Shown: positions 11,467 through 23,934 of the stretch, piece by piece
Numbering within the stretch: position 1 is the stretch's first letter
How the letters are laid out: every line of letters begins with the position of its first letter
Assembly: GCA_051941275.1 (NCBI GenBank)
Contig: JAVEBF010000017.1
Span: 1 to 53,773, forward strand
Reading direction: 5' to 3'
Source: Dirinaria sp. TL-2023a
Taxonomy: Eukaryota
Length of the DNA: 53,773 nucleotides
Notes under the pieces: model-generated
Database searches by the model: none
Told to the model about the DNA's origin: nothing
Seen by the model: only the letters and a program-made list of their open reading frames with translations
Position numbers and translations under genes: made by a program

Positions 11467-14400
11467 ATGATGAATAAGCATGAAGTTGGGAGGGATCCTA
11501 GTCCATACAGTAAGAGGCGAAAATTGTCAAACATCGAAGCGGACGCGTCCACTTCCCGCTCGGAGGCGGATATAAGCTCTTGGAAAGATCTCCAACTACT
11601 GCTCGCTTTCACGCAAGAAACCGGACCTGAGAAAAGGCCAAAAATTCGTCAATTCAAATTATTTCTTGATTCAATTGCGTATGGAGAGGACCGTGACGCT
11701 TGCGCGACCAAGAAGAAGATCTTGCTTGACTACCTACGATCCCAATCACAGCATAGAGAGGAGGGGAACGCGAGATGTTTTGCCGACCTGCTCCAGACTT
11801 GGAGCTTCGCCGCCCAATCCAACAATGAAGCTCTATTTTCTGCTGTAGCTGCGGTTCTAGCCCTCTTTTTCACGGCAACCTCGAGCTCTCTGGAATTCCG
11901 GGATTTCGGTAACCAGCTATGCCAAATTTTGCTGGAAGACGAGCAGCTTAAGCTGTTCGAAAGAGGACTGAGCGCCAAAAAAATTAAAGACCACGTGGTG
12001 TCCCCGTGTATTCGACTGCTGACTGAAATCACATCTCATGACGGCGGTGTTGCAGCAAAAACTGTCTGGCGCAAACGAGACATTACGTTCAAGAGTCTTG
12101 AAGTATTCATCGGCATAGGTAAAGATCCTGCAGATCTCTCTAGAGGTGATAGGCGCAAGCTTTCCCTCAGGAACAATTCATTGCGGTATCTGTTTGTTAA
12201 TCTCAGACTACAAACTCCAGCCGCTAGAACTGGTATTTTGACTTTAGCTCAAGGGAAAGTGGTGCGCGCTGTCTTCCAGGACATAAAGCAAGACCCTCCC
12301 AACATAATACTCGAATTGCTCCAGACATTTAAGATTTACGTCCTCTCGGACGAGAAGCTGCCCCAGCACATCAAGAAAAATGTCTTCCGAGATGGCACAC
12401 TACTGCGTATCGCTTCGCTTTACAATTACAATGAACCAGATAAGGCTTCAGAGGATAATAACGCAGTTCTGCAAGCATCTCATTCGTTTCTGCTATTCGC
12501 GTGTACCTCTGGAAAAGCTGCTATACTTGAGCCTATAGCGCCAGTCCGACCACGATCTTCTAATTTGGTGGATGAGGACTCTCGTGTTATAGATCTAACT
12601 TCAAATGCGAAGGATACAGCACCGACAAATCAAGGTAAGTTGACGTTCAAAAACAAAAGCGTCTCGTTGTTCCTACAGGGCCTTAGGCCATATGCAAATG
12701 TCCTCGAGAAGGATCTTGTGGTCGCAGTTTTTGAAGCAGCACCTGAGCTGCTTGTTGACTACTTTCAAAGGAAGAAGTCTTTTTCTTTTGAGCCAAAGTT
12801 GACTGCGACGTGGCTGGGATACTCGATGTTCTTGTTGTCAGCAATTCAGCTCCCGCTTCCAAAGCAATATCTTGAAATGCTTCAATGGACGGGCAATGCT
12901 TTAGCTATTCCTGCAAGTACTGTAGTGGAAACTATGTTACCGTCGCCTTTGACTCGCAAGTCATTGACACGGTGTTTGAACCAAAATATGGATTTGATCG
13001 CTTTCGTCACCTTGAAGATCCTCATAGCTGCTTTCCAGAAGTTTCGCTGCCTTCTTCAGTGGTTTCAGAACGGAGACTCTAAGCCGCCAGCGGATATGAG
13101 GCATACAACCAACGAATTAAGAGCGGAGTTTTGTGCACGGTGTCCAGAAACGAGACACGTCATAGCCGGCTTTCGAAAGTGTCCAACAGATAATGTAGCA
13201 CAACGAGAAGCGTACACAAGGTTGGTTGCTCTGTACTACTCTATTGTTCCTCAAATGGCGCTCGATGAAAAATTCGACATATCCATTGCACTTTCTGATG
13301 CTCTTCTGAGTAACGATTGGGAACGCGGAGGCGCAAAAGGCGGATTGAAGTCGCTAGATATTCAGCATCTACAGGAAATTGCACTTTACTCACCAGATAT
13401 ACGCTGGTTGCATAAGCCTGGTACTGTAGAAACGTCTTGTATCCGGCCTGCAACTGGCTGACCTAGAATACAGATAGTGTATGTTTGTCGTCGTTTACGA
13501 TAATTCTTCGACACTATACACAAAGCCCAAGTCGGAAGCGAAAGGATTTTGGTTGGACCTTGCTAGAATCAGTCTCTGGAGAATATCGCCTTCTGCAAAA
13601 TGACGAAAAGCTACCTTCGATCGACCTGCTGATCCACAGTCTGAGGAATTGCCCTCGCAGTGACGGTTTCTACCAATTTCTTGATCAATGTTTCCAGCAA
13701 TGCTATAGGAAATCAGTTGTTTACTACGATACTCGCGTGGCTTTGAAACACAACCATTCGGCATCTGGACTCGAAGGAGATGGATGCGACGTGGATTTGC
13801 TTCTGATGGCGATTGCTGATCAATGGCCGTTTCTCGTGCAAGCCGGGACTGAGTCCGTGGTCACGGAAGCAACAAAATGGCTAGTACAATATTTTGATCT
13901 GTTAATGCATGCTGGAAGAAGTCATGATCAGCTTTCGCTTATTAGGGATCGCATCCAGAAGAACACACGTTATGGGGATTGCTGCACAGCCCTCATGCGA
14001 GCCTTGGGGGATGGCAACTCATGGAACATCCAACAGATACTGCAAAGCCTTGACGAAGCTGCTGAACAAGAAGATCTAGGGACTGTCACAACCGAAAGAG
14101 TGTTAGCCCACGAAGTATTGCTCGCAGAGCAGCTGATATCAGCTGCGCCCCCGGAAGAGGATGAAGATCATAAAGCGCTAAGTCAGTGGAGCCAAGAAAG
14201 CATCCCTGAGGTCGTCCTTGAGGGTACTCTTGGCGAGTTGATGTTGTGTCTGTCGTCTCAACATGCAGAGATCCGTATACAGACGCTCAACGCCCTACGC
14301 AAATTGAGGGATAAATTCAAAGTCAGTCATGCTGAGTCAACGCTGTGATTACGCTTACAATAGATAGCATTCCGACTGGCCCGGAGCTGTGCAGACATAC

Positions 14401-15083
14401 CTGCTTACTGGCGAACTGATTGAGACAGTTGAACATTTTCCATCGCAGCGGCAATTTCCTTATGTCGCCGGTGTTTTTGCTGCGAGATGTTGCCATGTGT
14501 TGATAGAACCACTACATCCGCTCTACAGCAAGATCCACAAATTTCTAAACAGAGGACCGAAATGGAACGTGAGCAAGATCCCGTCGTACTGGATGGATAA
14601 GATTCTGTTACATTCCCCAACAGAAGACAACGGCTGCCAAGTGGAAGTCGATTGGTTGTTAGATTTCCTGATTGATGGGCTGAGAACACCTGAGGTATGT
14701 TTGGTTTGATCTTACACCTTGCACTGTATCCGCTCATCAAAGTCCAGGATATGCATATCTACCGCCGCAGTAGCCTCTTGGAGCGTTTATTGGCACTCGC
14801 CACAACGCCGTCATTGCTGGCGTCTAGTGCCGAGAAAATACTCCAACTACTTTACCGGTGCACGTATGTCGACGGAAGCACGACTCTAATCACGAGATGT
14901 GGCCTGCTCAGCTGGGTTCAGAGCGAGTTGGCATTGAATAGGAACGCAGCTCGAAGGTTTTTTCTACTTTCTTTAATAGAGAGAACGCTCGACACATGTG
15001 ACAATGAGAGGCTCAACGAGTGGAGCAGGGGAAATATGGTGAATTTGTTGGCTAATCTTGGTATTGAGGCGCGAATGAAGTGA
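11467..15083 (+). CDS. URB1: Nucleolar pre-ribosomal-associated protein 1 (Urb1/Npa1), 4 exons
   Basis: LLQTWSFAAQSNNE, LRPYANVLEKDLVVAVFEAAPELLVDYF..FSFEPKLTATWLGYSMFL, and C-terminal PLHPLYSKIHKFLNRGPKW...IPSYW. ORFs are joined by GT-AG introns near 13420, 14322 and 14694. Confidence 0.88.
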
Positions 15084-16328
15084 CTGATACTAGATTGAGT
15101 ACTCTCTCATAGTGATACCCCAGGGAGCTATATGGCCTTCCCTACATCCAAGTTTCTATTCTCGAATTCATCCGTGCTTATCTGACATCTGTGATTAGAC
15201 TATTACGGGAGTACCTCCACCAGTCATGTCCGCCTTTGCCCCGGGAAGCAAATGCTGACATCGGCCGATTTCTTAAGTGAGAGCTTTTGGTTTAAATTTC
15301 TGTTTCGTGACCCTGCGGTCGCCGGTCTAATACCAAGAACATCTTTTTCCAGTACCGCCCCGCTTTTCCTGTGTCTATTAATTTCTCGTTGAAATCTCCC
15401 CTCTCCAAGTCGGACATGCATCCAAATGCTGACTACCGGTTAGAGTGTGGAAATGTTCCTTCCTATTCTGTAGGTCTCTGATCGTCTGACCAGTCATTTG
15501 TTGACATACAGATCAGCTTCGTTAAATTGGGTTGGTTCTGTGACACTGGGAGACCCGGCAAACTTTTATGAGACGGCAATTCCAAGGTGCAAGCTCGATA
15601 TCGTGGAGCTGGAGATTAAAGCGATGACAGAAGCTGCGTAACATTCTCGAATATTTTGCACTACGCCCAGATTGACCATTCTTGTAATGTGCTAAGCTCT
15701 CTCTTCCAGCGAAAAGGTCATGTTCAAAACCGACATCTTGAAGGACAAAGGACGAGGTCGCGGGCGAAGGTTACGGTTATTAGCGTGGACAGTTCCGTTC
15801 CAATTTGCAGGCGACTCATAATTCGCAATTTGCTCGATTATCTCTATGTTCTTTCAAAATACCATCCTACTACGCTTTGTGGAAGTCAAAGTCGTGAAGA
15901 AGCTAAGCTACTCTGTACAGCGCTAAGGGCTTCGTTTACTTAGTCATGCCTTAGCCAAGTCACCTACACAGTAACGTAGGTAAGGTAAGGAAGTGTAAGA
16001 CTGAGAAAACTCACCACCACTAACAAACAGCCAAGGATGGTTTGACGAGAGCGGTTAGACTGTAAATTAGTCAGCAGACTCCGGGTATTTACTGCCCACG
16101 AAAGTTCTTTCTTTAGTTTTAGGCAATTGAGCACAAATACACATACAAAAGTCCCAATTCACCTCCAAATCTGACAGGAAGAGTTGACGTAAGATTACAT
16201 GACGGCTTACCTACATAAGGTATCTAAGACTATGTGCTTCTGATTGAGACTTCATTAAATGCAGGGAGGAAAATTTGCGCGCACTGTATTCACGACAACG
16301 AAGTGAAGTCACACCAGATCTTGACGAA

Positions 16329-17490
16329 ATGCGCCCTGAAATTGCCATTCCGGCCACTGTAGCTTTAATCTTTCGCGCCTACAGCCGGAGATCGTTGACG
16401 CCCGCTGGCATTATTGTCGCTGCATTAACGGCGGTTGTTCATGCTGTACATCCATGGAGCGTCTTCTTTGCACTGCTAGGAGTCTTCTTCTTGAGTGGAA
16501 CAGCAGTGACCAAGGTCTGCTGTAACCTTTCCATGCTGGACTGCGTTCGCTGATTGATCGTATGAGTAGGTCAAGCATGATGTGAAAGCACAACTTACAG
16601 TCTCCGCATCGGGCTCTTCTGGTGGAGAGAGCCAAAGGAATCATGTGCAAGTCCTTGCAAACTCCGGCATGGCTTCGGTATTGATCCTGTTGCATTGCTG
16701 GCATTTGCGGCAAGGAAATGCCAACAAGGAATGCTGGTCATACGGGCAAGACTTATTAATCGTGGGAATTGTCAGGTATTACAATGTCAATGGTTTTGCG
16801 AGTGCATGGACTAATCAAGGGCACAGTCAATATGCCGCCGTAGCGGCTGACACCTTCTCTTCCGAATTGGGCATCCTTTCCCAAAGCAAACCGCGATTAA
16901 TTACGTCCTGGAATTTACGAGAAGTCCCACCTGGAACAAACGGCGGTGTCACATTACTAGGGACGATGGCAGGTTTTTTGGGCGCTCTTGTGATTGCGAT
17001 GACTACAATATTGATCCCATTCTGCTCGGTAGAATATTCTTCAACCTTGCCTCCTGCGCTGGGCGGAGAGCAGAAACGAGTGGGTAGTAAAAACGGCTGG
17101 TCATGGCAAGAGAAGTTTCTGTGGATCGTCTTCGTTACCGTTTGGGGAGGATTTGGCAGCTTACTCGACAGTGCTCTTGGGGGTTGGCTTCAAGCCAGTG
17201 TAGTTGACAGCAGGACCGGGAAGGTTGTGGAAGGGCGCGGTGGCAGGAACGTGAGTCCATGAACGCCTAGTCTCTGAATCTGCAGGCTTACGATACGCCA
17301 CTAGGTTCTCGTCTTTGGCCCAGGTCCCGGAACTGAGAAGGATAAGGAGACGAGCAGGCGCATAGAGAGCGGACTACAGCTACTTGACAACAATGCTGTG
17401 AATTTTCTCATGGCCAGTTTGATGAGTCTGGGCGGTATGATGGTAGCGAGCTATGCGTGGGATGTACCACTTCAGAGCATACTTCCATGA
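16329..17490 (+). CDS. DUF92/TMEM19-family membrane protein (4 exons)
   Basis: SLTPAG, RNHVQVLANSG, AADTFSSELG, VPPGTNGGVT, GSLLDSALGGWLQAS and LLDNNAVNFLMA. Confidence 0.9.
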
Positions 17491-17962
17491 TCTTATTCTC
17501 ATTTCCTCATCTCCCTTCAGTCTTTGGTATATTTTCTCCAATCATTTTGACCAACGGGGCTCTGTGTGCTGATTCGAATTCGATGCATTTTCCCAGCATC
17601 TGCGAGAGTCTCTGAAAAGCCACCTGGACCGAAGAAGGTGCAAGATCTAGACCCTGCTTGGGATGCGGTGCTACTGCAGTGCGGATCCTACCTTACCTAT
17701 TTCTCCATCCGATGCTTTAAGTACTCGGCACCTGGCCTGCCAAATTATTGTCATTCCTTTCGGTTTTTCTTATTTTTCCACCGCGGTTGTGGCTAGCTGC
17801 TACCCCGCAAAGATCGGCGATGATGCAAAACGAGTTGTCGCTGGCGTCTGTATCCCAGCTTTATCTCAAACCTGCCCGTTCTCCCTTACAATTTTGAAGC
17901 GAATAGGGAAAGCGTCAGGAACGTTTTTGCATTACTAACAGTACAAACCCTTCTTGGTGGCA

Positions 17963-19538
17963 ATGGAGCACACGCTCTCTGAGTCCAGGGCGGCCAACAT
18001 CCGAAAGTTAATCGATGAGAAAACAGCAGAACAAAACAAGGTACCAGGAGCTGTGGTCGTGGTCGTTGGCAAAGATGGCGAGAGCATATTCTCCCACGCC
18101 AGCGGCACTAAAGGGTGCGATTCTAAAGAAGCCATGACCTTTGATTCAATTTTCTGGATAGCTAGCTGTACTAAATTGATCGGAGGCATCGCGGTCATGC
18201 AACTGTGGGAGCAAGGAAAGCTGTCGCTAGACGACTCCGAGCTTGTAGAGAAAGTCGCCCCAGAATTGAAGAATGTACGAATACTCAAAGGCCTGGACGA
18301 AAACGGGAAGCCGCAATACGTGGACAAAACAAAGCACATAACGCTAAGGATGCTTTTGACGCATACTGGTAAACCGGCGTCTGTTTGATCAAGGATACTG
18401 AAGCTGACTTGCAAAAGCTGGCTTTGGGTAAACCGAGCTCAATAGGCTGATTGGTCTGCACAGTGCTTATTTGCAGAACACAGGTATACCTTTTTTAACG
18501 AGGATCTAGCCCAGTGGGGCTTCAAAACCTTCAATGACGAGTTTGACGCTCTAGAAGACGGCATCATGTGCCAGCCGTTAACCTTTGAGCCGGGCACACA
18601 GTGGCAGTACGGGATTGGAATCGATTGGGCTGGCACCATCGTCGAGCGATTGTCTGGCATATCACTTAACGACTACTTCCAGAAGTATATTTTCCAACCA
18701 CTTGGGATCAAAGATATCGACATGTTTCCGTCCCCGAGTATGAAGGATAACCTGGCTCACATGCACCAGAAAACCTGTGATGGAAAGATATTCCAGCGTA
18801 ATCATCTTCAGCGCTTGCCGTTAATGTTGGCAGGAAAAGATTTCGTAAAGCTTTATAACAGCGCCGGAGCAGGTTGCTTTGCAAAGCCAGTCGAGTATTG
18901 CAGTAAGTCCCAAATCCAACTAGGTTTGCTACCGATTGTTCAACCTGAATGCAAAACCAGAGATCCTTGCAACGCTCCTCAACTCTGGCACATCCCCTAC
19001 GACCGGCCACAGACTCCTTCAATCGAACACCGTTGACGAGATGTTCACCAACCAAATCCCACAATTCCCAAACTTCGGGCGGCAAGGCATTCCAGCTGCG
19101 AAACCTGACCTGACGAACCCCCTACCGGACCTTTATCCTGAAGGGCCGGACACGCCGCAAGGATGGGGCTTGACATTCATGTTGAGCCATTTGAAAGGAG
19201 CCGCGGGAGGTCGAGGTCAAGGCACGGCTTGGTGGGCCGGACTCGCGAACCTGTATTGGTGGTGCGATCGTGAAAAAGGTGTTGCCGGCATGGTGGCGAG
19301 CCAGATCTTACCTTTCGCAGGTGAGTATGTACTTAGTCGCTGGCAGCAAGGCTGCTCGGTCCTTTTCCAAGCCGCTGGCAGAATTTGTGCAGTTAATTTT
19401 TCCTCCATCGGTACTGCAAAATGTTGGCGTCGAATTTTGCTGACCACTTTACCAGACCCTGATGTCATGGGTCTGTGGGTGACAATTGAGAATATGGTGT
19501 ATGAAGGCATTGGAAAACGAGCCGACAACAAGATGTAA
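17963..19538 (+). CDS. Beta-lactamase-family serine hydrolase (LovD/EstB-like esterase), 5 exons including a 10-nt micro-exon
   Basis: SxxK motif IASCTK. LLTHT|AGFG|Y is rebuilt through micro-exon 18418-18427. Also PLTFEPGTQWQYGIGIDWAG and WWAGLANLYWWCD. Confidence 0.9.
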
Positions 19539-20283
19539 GGTCCCAATGCTGTTGCCACACCACCTTCACTCGACCGTCACACCGTTCTTCTCATCCATCA
19601 ATGCCTTCAATCCCTCACTACCTCAGAATTAAATAGTTTCATTCCTCCACTCTGACGAGATATCGAGTTTAGAGCAAAGACGATTTAACGAAGTGACGAG
19701 GGGCTGATTCACCATGGATGTGCCACTGTCAAATCAGCATATCGTCGAATGTTAATGATATCCAAATAATAAAATTGTATTTTTAACTCTGAGATATCGA
19801 TATGTAAGAGACACATTCATCATAATAAATTGATGATCTTTTGATGATGGACACATGTATAAACGCCATCATTTTGACATCGCAGAGTATATTGAAGGCT
19901 ATGATCGATTTAGATACAGTTTCTGTCTGGTCAGATCTAGTTGGCGCCTGCACCCTACACTCATCCCTCGTATAGAGGGTGTTGCGCCAGCAAAGCAAGG
20001 ATGGTGTGGCAGCAGTGTGTTCTAAGATACGAAGATGCTCATTTTGGGTAAACGGCATCTTACGCACTTCACCAATGTACACAGCGCGCCCTCAACTCAG
20101 CTCCTCGTAGTCATCCGAGGCAATCAGCGAGCGCAAGAAATAGAGCCAACTGTGAGCACAAACTGTATCTGGGAAAATTCGTTGAGTATTTTCGCAAAAT
20201 GAATTCCTCGTTAACGCTAAATTCAATCGTAGCTTAGTCTATATACAAAGTTCTCCTCATCCACAATCCGCCATCAGGTTCAT

Positions 20284-21151
20284 CTATTTCGTCGGAATCT
20301 TCTTCAGCGTTTTCGGACTATGTACAAAATTATTTGCGTAGGCTTTCGGCACAAAGCGCCTTTCATTCGGCTCTTGCACGAAGTATTCGTAGCCTTGTTT
20401 TTCGGCAAATCGGACGGCGTCTTCCTTGGTTTTGAAGTTCAAATGCGTTCCCTGTAGAAAATCGGCACTCGACTGCCAGCCCATGAGCGGGTTTTCCCAC
20501 CGGTGGCCTTTTTGAAGGACGTCCCAGTCCATTCGCCAATGGTGGCCATGCCATGAGCCGGATTGGGTAGCAGTTTTGGCTGGGCGGAAAATGCTTGCAT
20601 TGCGTTAGTAGAGCCCAGACTCGATAGATGCTCGTCGCGGAAGGCAACTCAATGGTCTAATAGATTCCTCTAAGGAAGAAGAGGGAATTAGTCAAAGGGA
20701 GGATGAAAATACCGCACTGTCCGAGCTTGTAGTTCAACGGGAGCGCCGGATAGCACAGCAGCAGGTGTGACATCTCCAGGCTCACTGCCATCCATTACAC
20801 GCTTTGGTATGGGTGAAAAGGCCCTACAAATTCGGTCAATGGCTTGTGCTCTCATCGGTTTCCCAAGTAGACATACGATGTTCCATGATCGACAGGCGCC
20901 CTGAAATCTGGCTGGTGCTCTACCATACCCTCTTTCGAATCCTCTTGCCTTATCATAGCAGAGTCTCCAGCTTTCGGAGCAGGAGACGTGGATGGATCGG
21001 ATTTTGGGGACGGTTGTACCGAGCGATCTTTGTACGTACGGTCGTTGGAGGAATAACTTGCGTTTCTGGCACGAAGAGGGGCGACATGGCTGCGAGGAAG
21101 TCTTAGGGGCTGAATAAGCCTGCTGGCATACTGAGGACGGAGTGAAGACAT
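20284..21151 (-). CDS. NDUFS4: Complex I accessory subunit NDUFS4 (21-kDa subunit), 3 exons
   Basis: Presequence MSSLRPQYASR, AAVLSGAPVELQARTVR|IFRPAKTATQSG, RWENPLMGWQSSAD and FAEKQGY. Confidence 0.94.
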
Positions 21152-21413
21152 GATGCATAGGACAAGGTGGAGAGCTAAAGTACCTTTGCAAGCGTTCGAT
21201 ATCTCCATGGATTGGACAAGGCTGATGACTAATCAAGTCTTGGCGTTATCATGAAGCAAGACGGCTACAGTCCTCCGTACTTAGGTACATTTCGCTTCTG
21301 AACACAATCGAAGAGCAGCCCACAGATACCGAGACCATACCATAAAACTGCAGAAGTACGATGCCGCGCCTTCAGATTATAGCCTCAAATAACAACTTGC
21401 AGACACCAGCACT

Positions 21414-22022
21414 ATGAGCTTCATCACTCGCCGCGCTCTTTCGACGCTGATACCGCCAAAGGTAAGGCGCTACGTGCATCTTTACATGCTCGATGACTGA
21501 CTCGATTTGCAGATTGCTTCGCCAACTGTAAGCTTTATCTTTGTTCAGAAATGTGATTAATTGGATCATTATCGAAGCTGGATGATCCCGAGGCATTGCT
21601 TGCGCATTACAATTGGGAGTCGATTGCTCAATCTCCCTGAAACTAACGAGTGCCGAAGGGCATCGGCGCAGCCAAAGATGCGGCTCGAATGCAACGTATT
21701 GTGAGCTTTTACGAGAAGCTCCCTCGCGGACCAGCTCCAGAATACAAGCCAACTGGACTGCTCGACTGGTATACGGTTCGTTACTTTGACAAAGGGTCAC
21801 CCGCACGTATGTCAACCCCAATGGAGTGACCAGAGATACAATGGGGAGACTTTGTTTGCTAATGACGCTCGAATAGCCATCGCCCACCTTATTGCCTTTT
21901 TCATGATTTTCGGCTATGCCCAGAATTACTACTTCCACCTTCGTAAGCATGCATCAACGCCTTCAAAATACTAGCACAATCGCTCACTCGAGATAGGACA
22001 TCTCAAGAAGAATGCCCATTAG
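21414..22022 (+). CDS. ATP17: Mitochondrial ATP synthase subunit f (5 exons; absent from the ORF track)
   Basis: Spliced MSFITRRALSTLIPPK|IASPT|GIGAAKDAARMQRIVSFYEKLPRGPAP...RYFDKGSPA|PIAHLIAFFMIFGYAQNYYFHL|RHLKKNAH*; all introns are GT-AG and in phase. Confidence 0.93.
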
Positions 22023-22539
22023 GCGAGCGTAGCACCGCATTGGTCGGATACTTGCGTTGTAAATAGGTCCGATGGAAGTGGGGGAGTCATTATGGTCTTC
22101 AGCTCGTGTGGTTTAACGCTGACCAGCGTAGTCTGATGCATACTCTTGCGGAGTTATCTAGCTAGGTTTTTATACAGCTGCCAACATGAAAGCCATAGGG
22201 TGTTACGCCAGTTTTGTCCAAGCAGTGCCTGCTTTCATCCAATTAGGGACCACAAACTGCCAATTAACTGCGATTGAAATATTCTCTAGACTTTTCGATT
22301 GAGTGAGCGTTATGCCGCTTGTAGATCTTGCTCATTCCAAGTCTATCCAATGACTTGATCTTGTATCAGACTGTGATGTGATGTGAGATTATCGGCCAAT
22401 CAGGATTGAGCGGCCTTTTTTTGCGGGGTCGCGACGCGAATCAAAGGAAACAAAGCTTCTGTGTTGAGCAAAGTAGGCATCTCCACACAACCTTTAGTTG
22501 GACATGCTTTGCTGGTTTTAATCCTCCTGACGCTCAGCT

Positions 22540-23541
22540 ATGGAGCTGAAGGAGCTATCTTGTAACTGGAAAAAACTCCAAGCAACTCTCAAGAACGGCA
22601 CGTCGAAGGCTCCCAAGCGCAAAGCCAGCAACGACATCCTTCAGCCTCAGCGCAGTGGCACAAAGCGTCAAAAAATAAAGGTCGAGTCACGAGTCTCCCC
22701 TCTAACCTATGGTCGGTCTTATGCGAAAGAGAAGGGCCAAATCATGGGATTGGGTTCTTCAAAGGAATCGCATTCGGAGTCCTTAGCACTCTGGGCTGAG
22801 GACCATGACATTCCAGCCAAAGATCTTGCAGCAGCTTACGGCACCTCAACCAAAAGCACATCGAGACCTTCTGTACCAGAAATCAAACACGACAGCGATA
22901 AGCTCAATGAGGGTTTATCGTCCACCGCTGAAGCTGGCAAGTATATAGCGATTGACTGTGAGATGGTTGGCGTAGGTCCAGATCCGGCAAACGACTCAGC
23001 GCTAGCACGTGTCTCAATAGTTAATTTCCACGGCCACCAGCTGTACGACTCATTTGTACTTCCCAAAGAGCCGGTCACCGACTTTCGGACGTTTGTCTCT
23101 GGTATCACGCCTCAACTCCTGCGTTCTGCCCGGCCTCTAGAGACAGCGCAAGCAGATGTTGCAAAACTATTAGAGGAAAGGATACTAGTTGGACATGCCG
23201 TCCGGCACGACCTGGATGCGCTATTTCTAGGCCACCCTAAGCGAGACATTAGGGACACAAGCAGATACCCTCCCTTTCGACGGTATGCCACCGGGAGAAC
23301 GCCGGGCTTGAAGAAACTTGCTAAAGAGGTTCTGGGACTCGAAATCCAAGGACGAGAGCACTCAAGTGTGGAGGATGCGCGGGCCACAATGCTCTTATAC
23401 AGGAAGGAGAAAGACGGGTTTGAAACAGAACATGCCAGGAAATGGGCACCGCAGAAGGCTTCTTCCATGGATCGCCACGATGGGAACGCTACCAAGAGAA
23501 AAGAGTCAAAGAACAAAAAGAAGAGAATTGTTAAAAGATAA
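22540..23541 (+). CDS. REX4: RNA exonuclease 4 (DEDDh)
   Basis: LSCNWKKLQ N-terminus, YIAIDCEMVGVG, ILVGHAVRHDL and HSSVEDARATM; intronless. Confidence 0.94.
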   Translation: MELKELSCNWKKLQATLKNGTSKAPKRKASNDILQPQRSGTKRQKIKVESRVSPLTYGRSYAKEKGQIMGLGSSKESHSESLALWAEDHDIPAKDLAAAYGTSTKSTSRPSVPEIKHDSDKLNEGLSSTAEAGKYIAIDCEMVGVGPDPANDSALARVSIVNFHGHQLYDSFVLPKEPVTDFRTFVSGITPQLLRSARPLETAQADVAKLLEERILVGHAVRHDLDALFLGHPKRDIRDTSRYPPFRRYATGRTPGLKKLAKEVLGLEIQGREHSSVEDARATMLLYRKEKDGFETEHARKWAPQKASSMDRHDGNATKRKESKNKKKRIVKR

Positions 23542-23934
23542 ATGTTTCACAGTGAGACGTGTTTAAACAATCAGATATAATCCTAAGGCACATCTACCTC
23601 AATATTGGCATACACTCCAAGTCTGACACTTTGACTTGCCACTCAACCATGGAAGAGGTTCTGTCAGACATATCTACTTGTGCTGGGTCCAATAACGGGA
23701 GTGTTCTCACAGCTCACCGACACTATACTCACGTCGCGGTTCATCGGATTTACTTATACGCAGTCACACTAAAATTTCCTCAGCCCTTGACGTTTTGCTA
23801 CACCAGTCACTGATGAAACTCTATTTTCGCAGTCGGCCTATAACGGAGCATGACATTGAATGCTTAAACGCTCAGAAAACGTTGCGTGAGCTAATTCGCG
23901 CTCAAAAGACAAGAAAGGACGAAACTTTTGTCTA

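Noticed and set aside
19321..19455. Overlapping donors GTGAGTATGT suggesting a stwintron
   Set aside because: The only internal intron that would restore a donor is ~26 nt, too short; ordinary splicing keeps the frame.
20597..20713. NDUFS4 intron with an internal branch point and acceptor (possible stwintron)
   Set aside because: Removing the inner part does not create a new donor; a single intron already gives the conserved RTVR|IFRP.
21372..21950. 192-aa minus-strand ORF
   Set aside because: Antisense to the well-supported spliced ATP17 gene.
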